NCBI RefSeq assembly: GCF_044704955.1
Contig: NW_027251257.1
Coordinates: 992,001 to 1,056,000 of the forward strand
Direction: 5' to 3'
DNA from: Pristiophorus japonicus
Lineage: Eukaryota
Length of the DNA: 64,000 nucleotides
In this document: positions 25,640-37,989 of the stretch, in pieces
How the letters are laid out: each line of letters starts with the position of its first letter
Position numbering within the stretch: position 1 is the first letter of the stretch
The notes under the pieces: model-generated
What the model saw: the letters and a program-made list of their open reading frames with translations, nothing else
What the model was told of the DNA's origin: nothing
Database searches by the model: none
Translations under genes and position numbers: made by a program

Positions 25640-27680
25640 TCCCCTTGCACTACAACAGACAATAAAAATAGATCTGATAAAGGTGTTCAAAATTATGAAG
25701 CGTTTCCAGAACTTAACCCTCTCTTTGAAAAAAAATCCCCTCATTTTCCCTTTAGTTCTTTTGCCAATTATTTTAAATCTGTGACCTTTGGTTAATGACG
25801 TACTCGCCAGAGGAAATCATTTCTCCTGACATTATTTGCCACAACCTCTCACAAGTTTGATTAACTCTATTAGGCCTCACCTTAATTTTCACTGCTTTAA
25901 TAATCCCAGCTTATCTAATCTTTCCACATAACTGAAGTCTCTGATCCTTGCTATCATCTTGGGGCCTTGTCATCCTTTGTAAATTGTGGTGGTCAGAATT
26001 GTATACACTACTGCATCTGATGTCTAACCAGTGATTTATAAAGGTTTAGCATTACTTCCTTGTTTCTGTATTCAAGGCCACTTTTACAATGACAATAATG
26101 CATACAATTTCTTAAGCGATTATCAACTCACCCTGCCACCTTCAAAGAGCTGTGAATATGTACCCCCAGGACCCTCTTCTCTGGCACCTCCATCAAATTA
26201 GTGCCTGTTCGATTATATTGCCTCTCCATGTTGTTCCTCCAAAATGCATTAAATTGTATCTGCCATGTGTCTGTCCATTTCACCAGTCTGCCGAGTACTC
26301 CTGAAGTCCGCTGCTATCCTGCTCATACGTTCCCAAGTTGCCAACTTTGCATCGTCCGTGAACATGTAAACTGTATTCCCTATAAACAAGTCCAGGTAAC
26401 TTATATATAAAATAGGAAAATCAATTGTCCTCATACCGACCAATGGGAGACCCCACTTCTCTCCCGTCAGAAAAACATCCGTTCACCACTGCTGGCTGCC
26501 TCCTGTCACGCAGCAATTACATACTCAAGTTACCTCCATCCCTTTAATCCCATGTGCTTCTATTTTCCAAATAAGTATTTTATGAGATTCTTCATAAAAT
26601 GCCATTTGAACGTCTATATGTACATCATCTATTGCAACACCATCATCGACCCTCTCTGTAACTTCACGGTGTAGACCAAGATTTCAGTACCTGACCAATA
26701 AACCACAGGTGTTTGAGCTACCCACACAAACCAGATGCGAGATTTTCCCATATCAGTAGTAACCACGTTAGTTACTCTTTGTAATTCCTAGCATAGACCC
26801 GGCTGATAACCAATCGATTGATAATGTTTAAAGTTTGCCAATATTAGGTATTTAGAGAAGAAACCTGTCCCGATGTTTAGATTATGTTCGGTACGAACAA
26901 CAACAAGAAGTGACTGTAATGACAGAAAGCAGTGCCTGTTCTCACTGGTGGGAGGTTGGAAAGTGCTTTGTAAAATAAAATGGAGCATTTAAAAAGCATC
27001 GTTCTGTATAACCGGCTTTGGGAATCATACTTCATTCGGATTATTTAATTGAGTGAGTGGGAGGAGGAATGTCGGGAGACATCCAATCAGTAGCACGGGA
27101 TAGAGCACAACTCACACTGCATCGCTTTTCCTCCAATTCTGAGAAGGAACGAGATAGACCCGAATCAATCCAGATTGAGTTAAAGCTTGAATCCTAGATA
27201 TCAGGCTGTGCAAAAGTTCACGGTTCAAATCTGAGCGCTGAATTATTCAATTCACATTTTAAAGGAGACTTCAACCATTTATTGGAACGTCCTTTATTGT
27301 CCTGGGAACAAAGAAGATTTAGATGAGGTATGATAGAGGGGTTTTGGAATTATGAAGGGTTTTATGAAGGGACTTGGGAAACATATTTCCCCAGGTCCGT
27401 GAGTTGGTGAGTAAATGACACTGATTGAAAATTAGCAGCAATAGAATGAAGGGAGCGGGTATTATTGCACTATTCTACACAGGGGCTGTTAGGACATCGG
27501 TTGTCCTATCAGAAAGAGGGCTGCATGCAGAATCCATAATAGCTTAATAAAATTGAATGTTTGCGAAGAAGATTGGGAATTGGAAGGTGAACGGGATTGG
27601 TGGAGAGATCGTTCAGAGGCGTGATGGGCCGAATAGCCTCCTTCCGTGCTGTAAAGTTATATTATTTTATCCGTCTGGGT
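25640..27680. mobile_element. Old CR1 fragments (minus about 25700-26670; plus 3' end about 27290-27670)
   Basis: FTDDAKL and DLIKVFKIMK remnants; CR1 3' UTR motif gatgggccgaatagcctcct. Confidence 0.65.
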
Positions 27681-28434
27681 TATGCTTTATAAACATGCCG
27701 GGATTTTAAAAAAGTTAATACAACTAGTAGATCTTGCTGTAGAAGTTGTAGTATTAGGAGAATTCACCCCACCGCTATTCAAACAAGAGTATCCCCGAAA
27801 ACAACACGAGCATTTATATAGCGCCTTTAACGTAGTAAAGCGTTCCAAGACGATTCATACGAGCTTAAGGAGGTAACATATGATATCAGACCAGATAAGG
27901 AGATATCAATTTTTTTTCGTATGGTCAGCAGTGATTCTGGCAGTTGACCAAAAACTTGGTCCAAGAGGTTAGTTTAAACAGCATCTTAAAATGGAGAGTT
28001 GACTTCACTTTAATATCATGGAATGGCCTGATTCGGTGCTGCTAATAAGATTCTGATAGCAAAAGGATGCAGGGAGGAGCTAGAAGACATAATGTGAAAT
28101 AATCTACTGTAAAAGTGGTTGAGGATTGAGGGGAGAGTTCCATAATAGCTGGAAGAAGTCCACGATACACTATCCCAGCATTCACTCGGTACAAAGGGGC
28201 CTGATGGACAGATTGCCCCTTTAACACTCGTGACTTTCCTTATGTACAGGACTGGAGTTACACGGAGGCGTTTCACGTCGGGTCTCATAACTCCTAGAAA
28301 CTCAAATGCTGATGTAGGGCTTGATGGGTAAATGATTGTGTTAGTTCACCCTGTAGTGAAATTTCGAGGTGTTTGGTTATTTTATAAGCACTGATTACAG
28401 AGTATAACTTGTCCAATTGGCCAATCTTTCCCAG

Positions 28435-28734
28435 CGACACCATCTCCTCCCAAACTCTACGCCCTGCTCTCCTCCTGTGAACAACCCAACACTGGCGGCC
28501 CCGTCACCTACGGCTGCTTGGCGATGGACTACTCCCCGGAAATCACCAGCTTTTCCTGGAGGAAAGAAAAAGAGCCGATCAGCATTGGATTGAAGACCTA
28601 TCTGTCAGTGCTCAACAAGAAGGGAGCCTACACATGGAGCAGCCAGTTAACCATCAACGAGTCAGAGGTGGGGAGCAGCGCAATCTACTGCGAGGTTCGA
28701 CGAGGTGGGGCGGTCTGGGATGTAAAAATGTTAG
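28435..28734 (+). CDS. IGHM: IgM Cmu1 exon
   Basis: Acceptor CAG 28432-34; [17 protein letters not shown]...[16 protein letters not shown]...[22 protein letters not shown]; donor GTGAGT 28735; matches shark Cmu1. Confidence 0.95.
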
Positions 28735-28769
28735 GTGAGTGTTGTGGGATACAGGGAGGCAAACTGTGA

Positions 28770-29735
28770 AAAGCAGAGAAGTTATGTTCAACTTCTATAC
28801 AACCTTGGTTAGACCAGACTTAGAGTAATGTGCATTTTTACTCTCTATCTGACACTGAGAGTCATGTGCACAGTTCTGGTCTGCATATTACACTTAGAGT
28901 CATGTGCACAGTTCTGGTCTCCATATTACACTTAGACTGCTGTGCACAGCTCTGGTCTTTATATCACACTAAGAGTGCTGTGTACAGCTCTGGTTTCCAC
29001 ATCATATTTAGAGTACTGTACACAGTTAAAGTCTCCATAAGATATTAAGAGTGCTGCGTACAGGTCTGGTCTCTATAACACACCTTACTGTGCGCAGTTC
29101 CGGTCTACAAATCACAATTCGAGCACTGTGCATAGTGCTGGTTTCCATATCACACTTAAAGTACTATGCACAGTTCTGATCTCCATATCACATATGGAGT
29201 ACTGTATACTGCTCCAAGCTCCAGATCATATCAACTGTAATGTGCATTGTGCTGGTTTCCATATTATAAGAATGATACAGAGGAACAAGGGCGACACCAG
29301 AACTGAAAGATTGTAACTGTCAATAATTGTTGAACCGGGTGGGACTATTTTCTCTAGAAAAGGGAAGGCTTGGTGATGATCAAATAGTGGTCTTTAAAAT
29401 TATGAAGGGATTTGAAAGGTTAGTCGTGGATAAAATATTTCTGCATGAGCAGGAGCCCGATATTGGGGCCATAAATATAAGATATGCACTAATAAATCCA
29501 ATAGGGAGTTCAGGAAAAAGTTCTGCACCAAGGGAATTGGTAAAATATGGAACTCCCTACCGCATGGAATACGAGGTGAATAGCATATATGCGTTTCAGG
29601 GGAATCTAGATAAGTACACGAGGGAGAAAGGGATATAAGGTTATGTTAATAGCGGGTAGGCAGTAGGGAGAGAAGGTATATGTGGAATATAAACATAGGT
29701 CTGTTGGGCCGAATGGCCTGTTTCGGTGATGTAGA
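28770..29735 (+). mobile_element. CR1 3' fragment containing an internal 38-bp tandem expansion (about 28820-29270)
   Basis: Repeat unit cttagagtcatgtgcacagttctggtctccatattaca derives from the LEYCVQFWSP codons; CR1 resumes as GLFSLEKGRL (ORF 29327). Confidence 0.75.
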
Positions 29736-29815
29736 TTAAATGTTAAAAACCGCTTTACAGTTCTTAATTGTTTGGATTGTAACAAATAATCCCAATAAAA
29801 TGTATTTTCTTGCAG

Positions 29816-30127
29816 ATCGTGTGGTACATCATCCAACTGTTATCCTTACCCTGAGTTCCAGGGAAGAAATCACCAGCAGCAGATCTGCAACCGCCGTGTG
29901 TTCAATCATCGATTTCTGGCCAAAGTCACTGACCATGAATTGGCTGAAGAATGCACATCTTGTGCATTCGGGAATCGTCACTTCTCCCGTCTATGAGGTG
30001 AACGGGAACTTCTCGGCGACCAGTCGGCTGACATTCCCCGCCGGGGAATGGTTCGCCCGCTCGGTCTATACCTGCCAGGTCTCTCATCAAGGATTCATCC
30101 AAAGCCGAAACATCACCAGACCTCCGG
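29816..30127 (+). CDS. IGHM: IgM Cmu2 exon
   Basis: Acceptor CAG 29813-15; [28 protein letters not shown]...W...YTCQVSHQ; donor GTAAG 30128. Confidence 0.95.
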
Positions 30128-30419
30128 GTAAGAGACACGGCCCCCTGAAGTTACGGATCATTCTGAGCGCTGATCTCAGTCAGGGCTTTTATTGGAATTC
30201 GTAAAAAGCACAGAACTATTTCTCATTTCCAATCATACAGTTTGTTTTTCCTTTCGGTGTATGTCCTGACTGAGGATACCTCACGGTTCATGACTCCGTC
30301 ACTTGGCCAAAGGTTGCCCTCTGCTTGCCGTTAGTCTCAGCTTTATCCTGAGTTGCCTGAGCATATTCGGAGCGACAGTAGGTGTCTCCAAGCCTTTACT
30401 CTGTCAGAGCCACTGCTAG

Positions 30420-31690
30420 AAATGGTGTCGATGAAAAAAGTGACCTTGGAGCGCATGTCCATAGATCCCTAAAGGTAACACGCCAGCTAGATAAGTGGGT
30501 TAAGAAAGCATCCGGAATATTTGTCTTTATTAGTCGAGGCGTGGAATACAATAGCAAGGAGCTTATGCTTGAACTGTATAAAACACTGGTTAGGCCGCAG
30601 CTGGAGTACCACGTGCAGTTCTGGTCACCACGTTACAGGAAAGATGTAATTGAACTGGAAAGGATGCAGAGGAGATTTAGAGGGATGTTACCTGGACTGG
30701 AGAATTTTGGCTATGAGGAAAGATTGGAGATGCTGGGTCTATTTTCTTTCGAACAGAGGAGGCTGAGGGGAGACCTGATTGAGGTGATTATGAGGGGCCT
30801 GGATAGAGTGGATAGGAAGGACCTGTTTCCCTTGGCAGAGGGGTCAACAACCAGAGGACATAGATTTAAAGTAATTGGGGCGAAGTTTAGAGGAAATATG
30901 AGGAGAAATGTCTTCACCCAGAAGGTGGTGGGGGTCTCGAACTCACTGCCTGAAAGGATGGTAGAGGCAGAAACCCTCACCACATTAAAATAATACTTGG
31001 ATATGCAATTAACCCACAGGGCTACGGACCAAGAGCTGGAAAGTGAGATTAGGCTGGATTGCTCTTGGTCGGCCGGCGCAGACACGATGGGCCAAAATGG
31101 CCTCTTTCCATGCTGTAAATGTCTATGATTTTATGATCTGCCTATTTAGAAGACAGCGTTCAGTTCTGGGCACCGCACCGCAGGCTGGATAAACTAGCTT
31201 TAGAGGGGGTGCAACGCAAATTCTCCCGAATCATACCGGGCTAAAAATCTAAATTATGAGGACAGGTTGCACAGAATAGGCTCGTATTCCTTTGTATAGA
31301 ATGTGAAGAGACGATCTAATTGAGGTGCTTAAGTTGATAAATGGAACTGATGTGGTAGATAGAGAGAAAATATTTCCTCTGGTGCGGGAGTTCAGAACAA
31401 GGGACAGAACCTTAAAAGTAGAGCTAGACCGTTCAGGGGTGATGTCAGGAAGCATTATTTCACACAAAGGTTAGTGTACATCTTGAACTCTCACCCTCCA
31501 AAAGCTGTTGGGGCTGGGGGTCAATTGAAAATATAAAAACTGAGATTGATAGAACTTTGTTAGGCAAGGGTGTAAAGGGTTACGGAACCAAGGCGGGTAG
31601 ATGGTGTTGAGGTGTATATCAGCCATGATCTAATTGAATGGCAGAACAGGCTGGATGGGCTGAATGGCCTTCTCCTGTTCCTATGTTGCT
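30420..31690 (+). mobile_element. Two tandem CR1 3' ends
   Basis: ORF 30382..30993 is a CR1 RT C-terminus; tails at about 31125-31138 and about 31680. Confidence 0.85.
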
Positions 31691-32381
31691 ATTACTGCCC
31701 TGCAGTTATATTCCTTCCTGACTCACTCTCACTAGACATGATAAAAGCTCACGAATGACAGAAATTAAAATAATTACTTCACACCGGTAATGCAAATTAT
31801 TCCCCATCACAAAAGACCCCTTCAAATTCCATTCTCCCTTTCACTTCTGCTCTGCCGGGGGGCTGTGACTGGTCCCTGCACATTTTCATCGCGTCAAAAT
31901 CACAAGCCAACAGAAAAATAACTTTGTTTCCAGTTGCACCTAAAATCCTGTATTTGATTTAACACTCGTTTTGAACCAGTGTAATTTTCATGTAGAGCTC
32001 TTGACCCTGGGGGTGGAGCCATTATACTGAGCGGAAATGCGTTCGGGCACAAGGATCGATAGACGGGCGTAAAGCAGCAAGGATTTTCGGGAAGAGCGCT
32101 ATTCAGTGCGTAACACAACTGCAGCCCAATTTATTCAATGTCTTATGCGGGTATTTTCTTCACAGCCCATCACAGGTGGCTCTGGTTGCAAATACACAGG
32201 AAATGTTAAAGGGTCTCCCGGAATCGTTGCCAATTCGCTGTCCTTCCAATAACGATGGTGTTTAAGCAAAAGCGAGAGGTTAATATCTCAAAGGTGATTT
32301 ATTCAACTTAAGGGAATTAAAGCAGAATTAATCCTGGTTATGAAGATGAAGCTTTGCTTGACTTTCATTTCTGCTTCACAG

Positions 32382-32690
32382 ATGATTCCTCCTGCAACGA
32401 ACCAAAAATCACTCTTCCGCAGCCGTCTCTAGAACAGGTCTTACTGGAGGCGACAGTGACCTTAACCTGCATCGTGTCTAATGCTCCTTATGGAGTCACC
32501 ATGACCTGGATGCACGAAAAGAAGAATTTGCAATCAGGGATTGCCGGCCAACCGGGAGAGGCTCCCGACAGCGTGATCAGCAAATTAGACATCTCGACAC
32601 AAGACTGGCTGAGTGGGAATGTGTTTGACTGCGTGGTGAGCCATCGGGATATGCCGACTCCTATCAGAGGTTCCATCCGCAAGGAAACGG
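32382..32690 (+). CDS. IGHM: IgM Cmu3 exon
   Basis: Acceptor CAG 32379-81; [25 protein letters not shown]...[13 protein letters not shown]; donor GTGAG 32691. Confidence 0.95.
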
Positions 32691-33205
32691 GTGAGCGGCG
32701 TGATTGTAGTAACAAGTGAGAGGCTGTAACTATTCCCGGTGCTTGTGCATGGGCCAATTCGTTCTAATGCATTTTAGTAGATTACTCCGATATTTCAAAT
32801 GGTAATCCCACGAACTAAACACTCTGGGACATGAGACGATGCATGTAAGGGGAAGCTGGATAAGTGCACGAGGAAGAAATAAATAGAAGGATATGTTTTG
32901 TGGTTTAGATGAAGTAAGGTGGGAGGAGGCTCGTGTGGAGCATAAAAGATGGTTTAGATCATTTCGCCGAATGGCCTGTTTCTTAGCAGTGATTTCTATG
33001 TAATTTTCCAGTACAACTCTCAAGCTCCAAGAGCGAAGGATTAGGTCACACTTTGTTCTGTGCTGAAAAACTGGATAGACCAGGGAGGCGAAAAGGAGAA
33101 TCCTTTAAAATTCAGCGCAAAGCACATTTCTCTCACATTTAACCGCCGGTTTCATTGTCTCTGGAAGTCACCAGTTTATTGACCTTTTTTGTAATTGTTC
33201 TGCAG

Positions 33206-33597
33206 GTAAAGATCCGCGGGAACCAGCCGTGTCTGTCCTCCTGCCCTCGGCAGAAGAAGTCTCCGCTCAGAGGTTGGTCACCCTCACCTGCTTAGTGAGA
33301 GCTTTCTCTCCCCGAGAGATCTTCGTCAAGTGGACCGTCAATGGCAAGCCAGTGGATACCGGCAACTACACGAACACCGAGGTAATGGCGGAGAACGGCA
33401 GCAGCTATTTCTTCACGTACAGCCTGTTATCCATTGCAGCCGAGGAGTGGGCCAGCGGTGCTTCTTACTCCTGTGTGGTGGGACATGAAGCCATCCCCTT
33501 GAAGATCACGAACAGAACGGTCAATAAATCCAGCGGTAAACCCAGTTTTGTGAACATTTCTCTTGTTCTGATGGACACCGTCAATTCTTGTCAATGA
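33206..33597 (+). CDS. IGHM: IgM Cmu4 exon with secretory tailpiece
   Basis: Acceptor CAG 33203-05; [18 protein letters not shown]...YSCVVGHEA; internal donor G|GTAAA at 33536; tailpiece [20 protein letters not shown] with N-glycan site and penultimate Cys. Confidence 0.96.
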
Positions 33598-33625
33598 GAA
33601 TCTCTCGATTGCATTTCAGTTCTTA

Positions 33626-33641
33626 AATAAAAAACAATAAA
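33626..33641 (+). terminator. Secretory-form polyadenylation signals
   Basis: AATAAA at 33626 and 33636. Confidence 0.8.
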
Positions 33642-34004
33642 GGCCTTTTTTTCCAATCGTGAATTACACACACAGCCGCTCAATTAATTTTGTTTCCCAT
33701 TTTTGCCAAGGGGCAGAATATTTGTCGGACTTGGGCCCAAAGCTTGTACAGTCAGTGCTCCCAGCTCAGATACACCACAGGTTGGAGGCAGAGTGAAGCG
33801 CTTTCATGACAGGATTCCTCAAAGTCATTTCGTCCATTGGGAGAACCTGCAAAGTTCAATTTTCCGACAAACAAATACAGTACATTTAGATGTCAGTGTC
33901 CTTGTTTCTCGTATTGTTCATCCCTTCAGATTTGGGGCCAGTTTTATTTGGCAGCGTCGCATCCTCTGGGACCTGAAATGGGGGTCACACTCGAACACGA
34001 ACTG

Positions 34005-34550
34005 TACCCCACCAGAGAGAGGGGAAAGGTCAATTGTTAACCCACGGTACTCCCCACTGCCCCACCAGAGAGAGTGGAAAGGGCAATTGTTAACCCCCTG
34101 TACCCCCCACTGTCCTACCAAAGAGAGGGGAAAGGGCAATTGTTCACCCCCTGTACCCCCCACTGCCCCACCAGAGAGAGGGGAAAGATCCATTGTTAAC
34201 CCCCTGTACTCCCCACTGCCCCACCAGAGAGAGGGGAAAGGTCCATTGGTAACCCCCTGTACCCCCCACTGGCCCACCAGAGACAGGGGAAAGGTCAATT
34301 GTTAACCCCCTGTACCCCCTACTGCCCCACCAGAGAGAGGGGATAGAGCAATTGTTAACCCACTGTACTTCCACTGCCCCAACAGAGAGAGTGGAACGGT
34401 CAATTGTTGACTTACTGTCCCGACCACTGCCCCAGCACAGTGAGGGGAAAGGTCAATTGTTAATCCACTATACCCGACTTCCACACAAGCGAGAGGGCAA
34501 AGGCTAATTGTTAACCCACTGTACCTCTCAATTCCCACCAGGGAGAGAGA
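34005..34550. repeat. 53-bp minisatellite between the secretory poly(A) site and TM1
   Basis: caattgttaacccc...ccccactgccccaccagagagagggg recurs at 34031, 34084, 34137 and onward. Confidence 0.9.
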
Positions 34551-34619
34551 GACCCATCGGTTGAATTGTTGCATTCCGTCGGCTGACGTCACATGGCGTC
34601 TCACACTGAACACATTTAC

Positions 34620-35310
34620 ACAGAGCGGGGAAGAATGCGTGTAAAAGTGAGTGTGTGTGTTTTTGTGGAAGTTCACACTTACACATAAACACACAGAGAC
34701 TTACATGTAAACACACACATTGACACACTGATAGAGGATATTACACATACCCAGAATATAATACACAATGTTATTGTCAGAACCAGTAATTAGTATTCTC
34801 TGAAAGTTTGAACGACAGCAAAAATATACACATACACCCTTACGCAAAACATACACAAACACGCGCATTATCACACACACACACACACACTTACACTCGC
34901 ATAAACACACAAATCAACACAAACCAACTACCACATAACACACACACACATTTACATGTGAATACACACAGTTACACATAAACACACATATGCTTACCCC
35001 GAAACATACACAACACTTACACATAACCATATACACACACATTAAAAACACACACATGGACGTACTTACACAAAACACATATTTAAACATAAACACACAC
35101 AATTACATATAAACACACAAGACTTACTCATAAACATACAAAAACTTACAGAAATACACACACATAAATATAGATACATAGAATGACACATTAACACACA
35201 TAACCTTACATATCAACATTACATTAACACATATCAACACACAAACACAGACAAAACCAAAACAAGAGATCGCCATACACATATACGCAAACACTAAAAT
35301 ACACAAAATA
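34620..35310. repeat. CA-rich low-complexity tract
   Basis: Imperfect (CA)n/ACATAAAC runs. Confidence 0.85.
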
Positions 35311-35890
35311 CGTCAGGCTATAGGCGAATATCGCATTAAAATACACTCTTTGAACAGTCTCCCAACGATTGCATTAAATAAATCATTTCCGATATCATAA
35401 TATCTGACATTCCTCTATTCTGATGCCGCACACACACTGAATCAACGTTCTTAGTTGGAAACTGATACAAGTTAATTATGTTCAGAACATTGACCGTCAC
35501 AAATTAATCATGATTATAACTCACATCCGATATCTCACCCTGTCCCATTGACAATCTCCAAATAATTAGCTATCGAAAACTATTGTTAAAATAATCGATA
35601 TCATTCAGTAAGCCTCCCTCAATATTACATCATACTATTCCCGAAAGCGTGTGACATTGAAGGAAAACTGTCATATTTTCCAACACAGGATCATAAAGGA
35701 AGAGCGACTGTGGAAGTAGGAACACAGATAGAGTGCTGAGAGTGATTAACTTAACACAGGACATACATTCTACTTTAAATTAGAAAACAAACTAATATCT
35801 TAAGGAAAAGAAAAGACAATATATAATAATAATATGATATCTTGGATTAACAAGCGATCTGAATATATTTCCTCCTCTACATTCCCGCAG

Positions 35891-36018
35891 ATTCCTCAGA
35901 TCACAGCTGGAATGAAGAGTATGAGGACCAGAGCGGCAACATCTGGACAACCGCTTCCACATTCACCATCCTGTTTTTCCTGAGCATGTTCTAAAGCGCT
36001 GGAGTCACTCTGGTGAAG
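35891..36018 (+). CDS. IGHM: IgM TM1 exon with premature stop TAA at 35992-35994
   Basis: Acceptor CAG 35888-90; DSSDHSWNEEYEDQSGNIWTTASTFTILFFLSMF*SAGVTLVK; donor GT 36019. Confidence 0.92.
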
Positions 36019-36156
36019 GTCAGAAGATTCAATGCATTCGCCTCGAGCTGACTGAAGCGGTTTGACAAATCTCTAAACGTTTCATTGATAAAAACCCTGA
36101 GATAAATTCCCTAAACCACTAAATCCCTGCATCAATCTTTTATCCCTCTTTTACAG

Positions 36157-36165
36157 ATCAAGTGA
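36157..36165 (+). CDS. IGHM: IgM TM2 exon (IK*)
   Basis: Polypyrimidine tract + CAG at 36154-56, ATC AAG TGA; AATAAA at 36229. Confidence 0.85.
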   Translation: MK

Positions 36166-36919
36166 TTGACTGAATTTCGGCCGCTGTGGATTTTCCTCAT
36201 CTGGTTATTAACATCACTGTGTCCTGAAAATAAACTGTGTCCTCTTGGTGATTCCTGGAGTCAATTGCCTTCAGTTATTTCGTCTCTCTGTTGAAATGTG
36301 TGAGACAATTGTGGCTATAATGTAAATGTATCTCGGAGTTTCATAATTGTTTGAATATCTCATGTGTAAATAAGTCACTGTTCTCATTCATGATTCACAA
36401 TTATTCCCTTTCCTTTATGTTAAACATCTGTTTCTCTCTCCCTGATGTCTGTTACAATTGTACAGAAAGCTGGCAGCTCAGACCACCTGTGTTCTAGACT
36501 CAATGTGATGCTCATTTGTTATTTTCAATTTGTGTTAACTTGTTAAAAACTTCTTTGTAATTTGTTCTCTGTGAAATTGTTGATAAATCTGGAATGACAA
36601 ATGGAATATATTGGACTTTGCTGAGTTCCTTTCTCCAAGGCTCCTTCACACAGTTATATTTCCCTATCACACTTCGTTTTATTTCCCTGACAATTGCTCT
36701 TCACCCGTCCTGTCTGGGTTGTGTTTGAATCCAAGGCCTTTCAGTGGAGGAGCCACTACGCCACCTAGTGTCTCATCAGAGTAATGACAATTTCCCCCTG
36801 CCTATTTTCGTCATGCTCCGGAGGCGAAATGACTGCACAGTGACCAGATGCACCATGCGGTCTCTTCTAATATTATGGTCTTTCACGTGCCAGGTTATGT
36901 TAAAGAGCAGTACTCTGAT

Positions 36920-37490
36920 CCATCACAGTCTGATTCAGTATTTTACGTGCCAGAGTAAATCTCCCTCTACACTGTCCCATCAAACACTCCCAGGGCAGGT
37001 ACAGCACGGGATAGCTACAGAGTAACGCTCCATCTACACTGTCCCAGCAAACACTCCCTGGGCAGGTCCAGCACGGGGTTAGATACAGAGTAAAGCTCCC
37101 TCTACAATGTCCCAGCAAACACTCCCAGGGCATGTACAGCACGGAGTTAGATACACAGTAAAGCTCCCTCTACAATGTCCCAGAAAATTCTCCCAGGGCA
37201 GGTACAACACGGGCTAGATACAGAGTAACGCTCCATCTACATTGTCCCATCAAACACTCCTAGAGTAGGTACAGCACAGGGTTAGATACAGATTAAAGCT
37301 CCCTCTACACTGTCCTATCAAACACTTCCAGGGCAGGTACAGCACAGGGTTAGATACAGAGTAAAGCTCCCTCTGCACTGTCCTATCAAACACTTCCAGG
37401 GCAGGTACAGCACGGGGTTAGATACAGAGGAAAGCTCCTTCTACACTGTCCCATCACAGACTCGAAGGGCAGGTACAGCACGGGTTAAAT
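36920..37490 (-). repeat. 67-bp minisatellite, inverted relative to 24140-25030
   Basis: Units atcaaacactcccagggcaggtacagcacggggttagatacagagtaaagctccctctacactgtccc. Confidence 0.92.
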
Positions 37491-37989
37491 ATCTGACACA
37501 GACACACCAGGGAGCAGAAAGTCTGGGAATTATTCCCAAAGCCTGGGGCCTATCTGACACACAGACACTCGCTCCAAGGTTTGTACTATACACACACAGA
37601 TAGCCAAAAAACAGACGAAAGGTGGAGATACTTTATTTGAGAGAGAGATGAGGGATCGCACGGCGTCTGCAGCTACATTAGTAGCCTTCTGTCCGGTGGA
37701 CATCAAAAGATACAGGTGATGTGATAGACGGGAAAAAGCACTTTCTGATGTAAGACCATTTTAGTTTTATTCTGACCAAGTGTACGAGTGGCGCCCTCTT
37801 GTCGGGGAGGGCACAAGTAGAATGTATGTTTTGTTTCCGAATCGCCTCTTTAAAGGTGACCCGTGTCCAAATGGCTCACAGAGACCGAGGAAATAAGTAG
37901 GCCCAGCACCGGGGTAACCACTTCCAGCCCTTCTCCATTCTGAGGATTATACATTAACTCTGACCCTCTGTGTCCTGTTTCCCGGACGA

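Noticed and set aside
33703-35306. ORFs of 60-200 aa downstream of Cmu4
   Set aside because: Translations of the 53-bp repeat and CA-rich tract; no Ig domain, so no extra C exon
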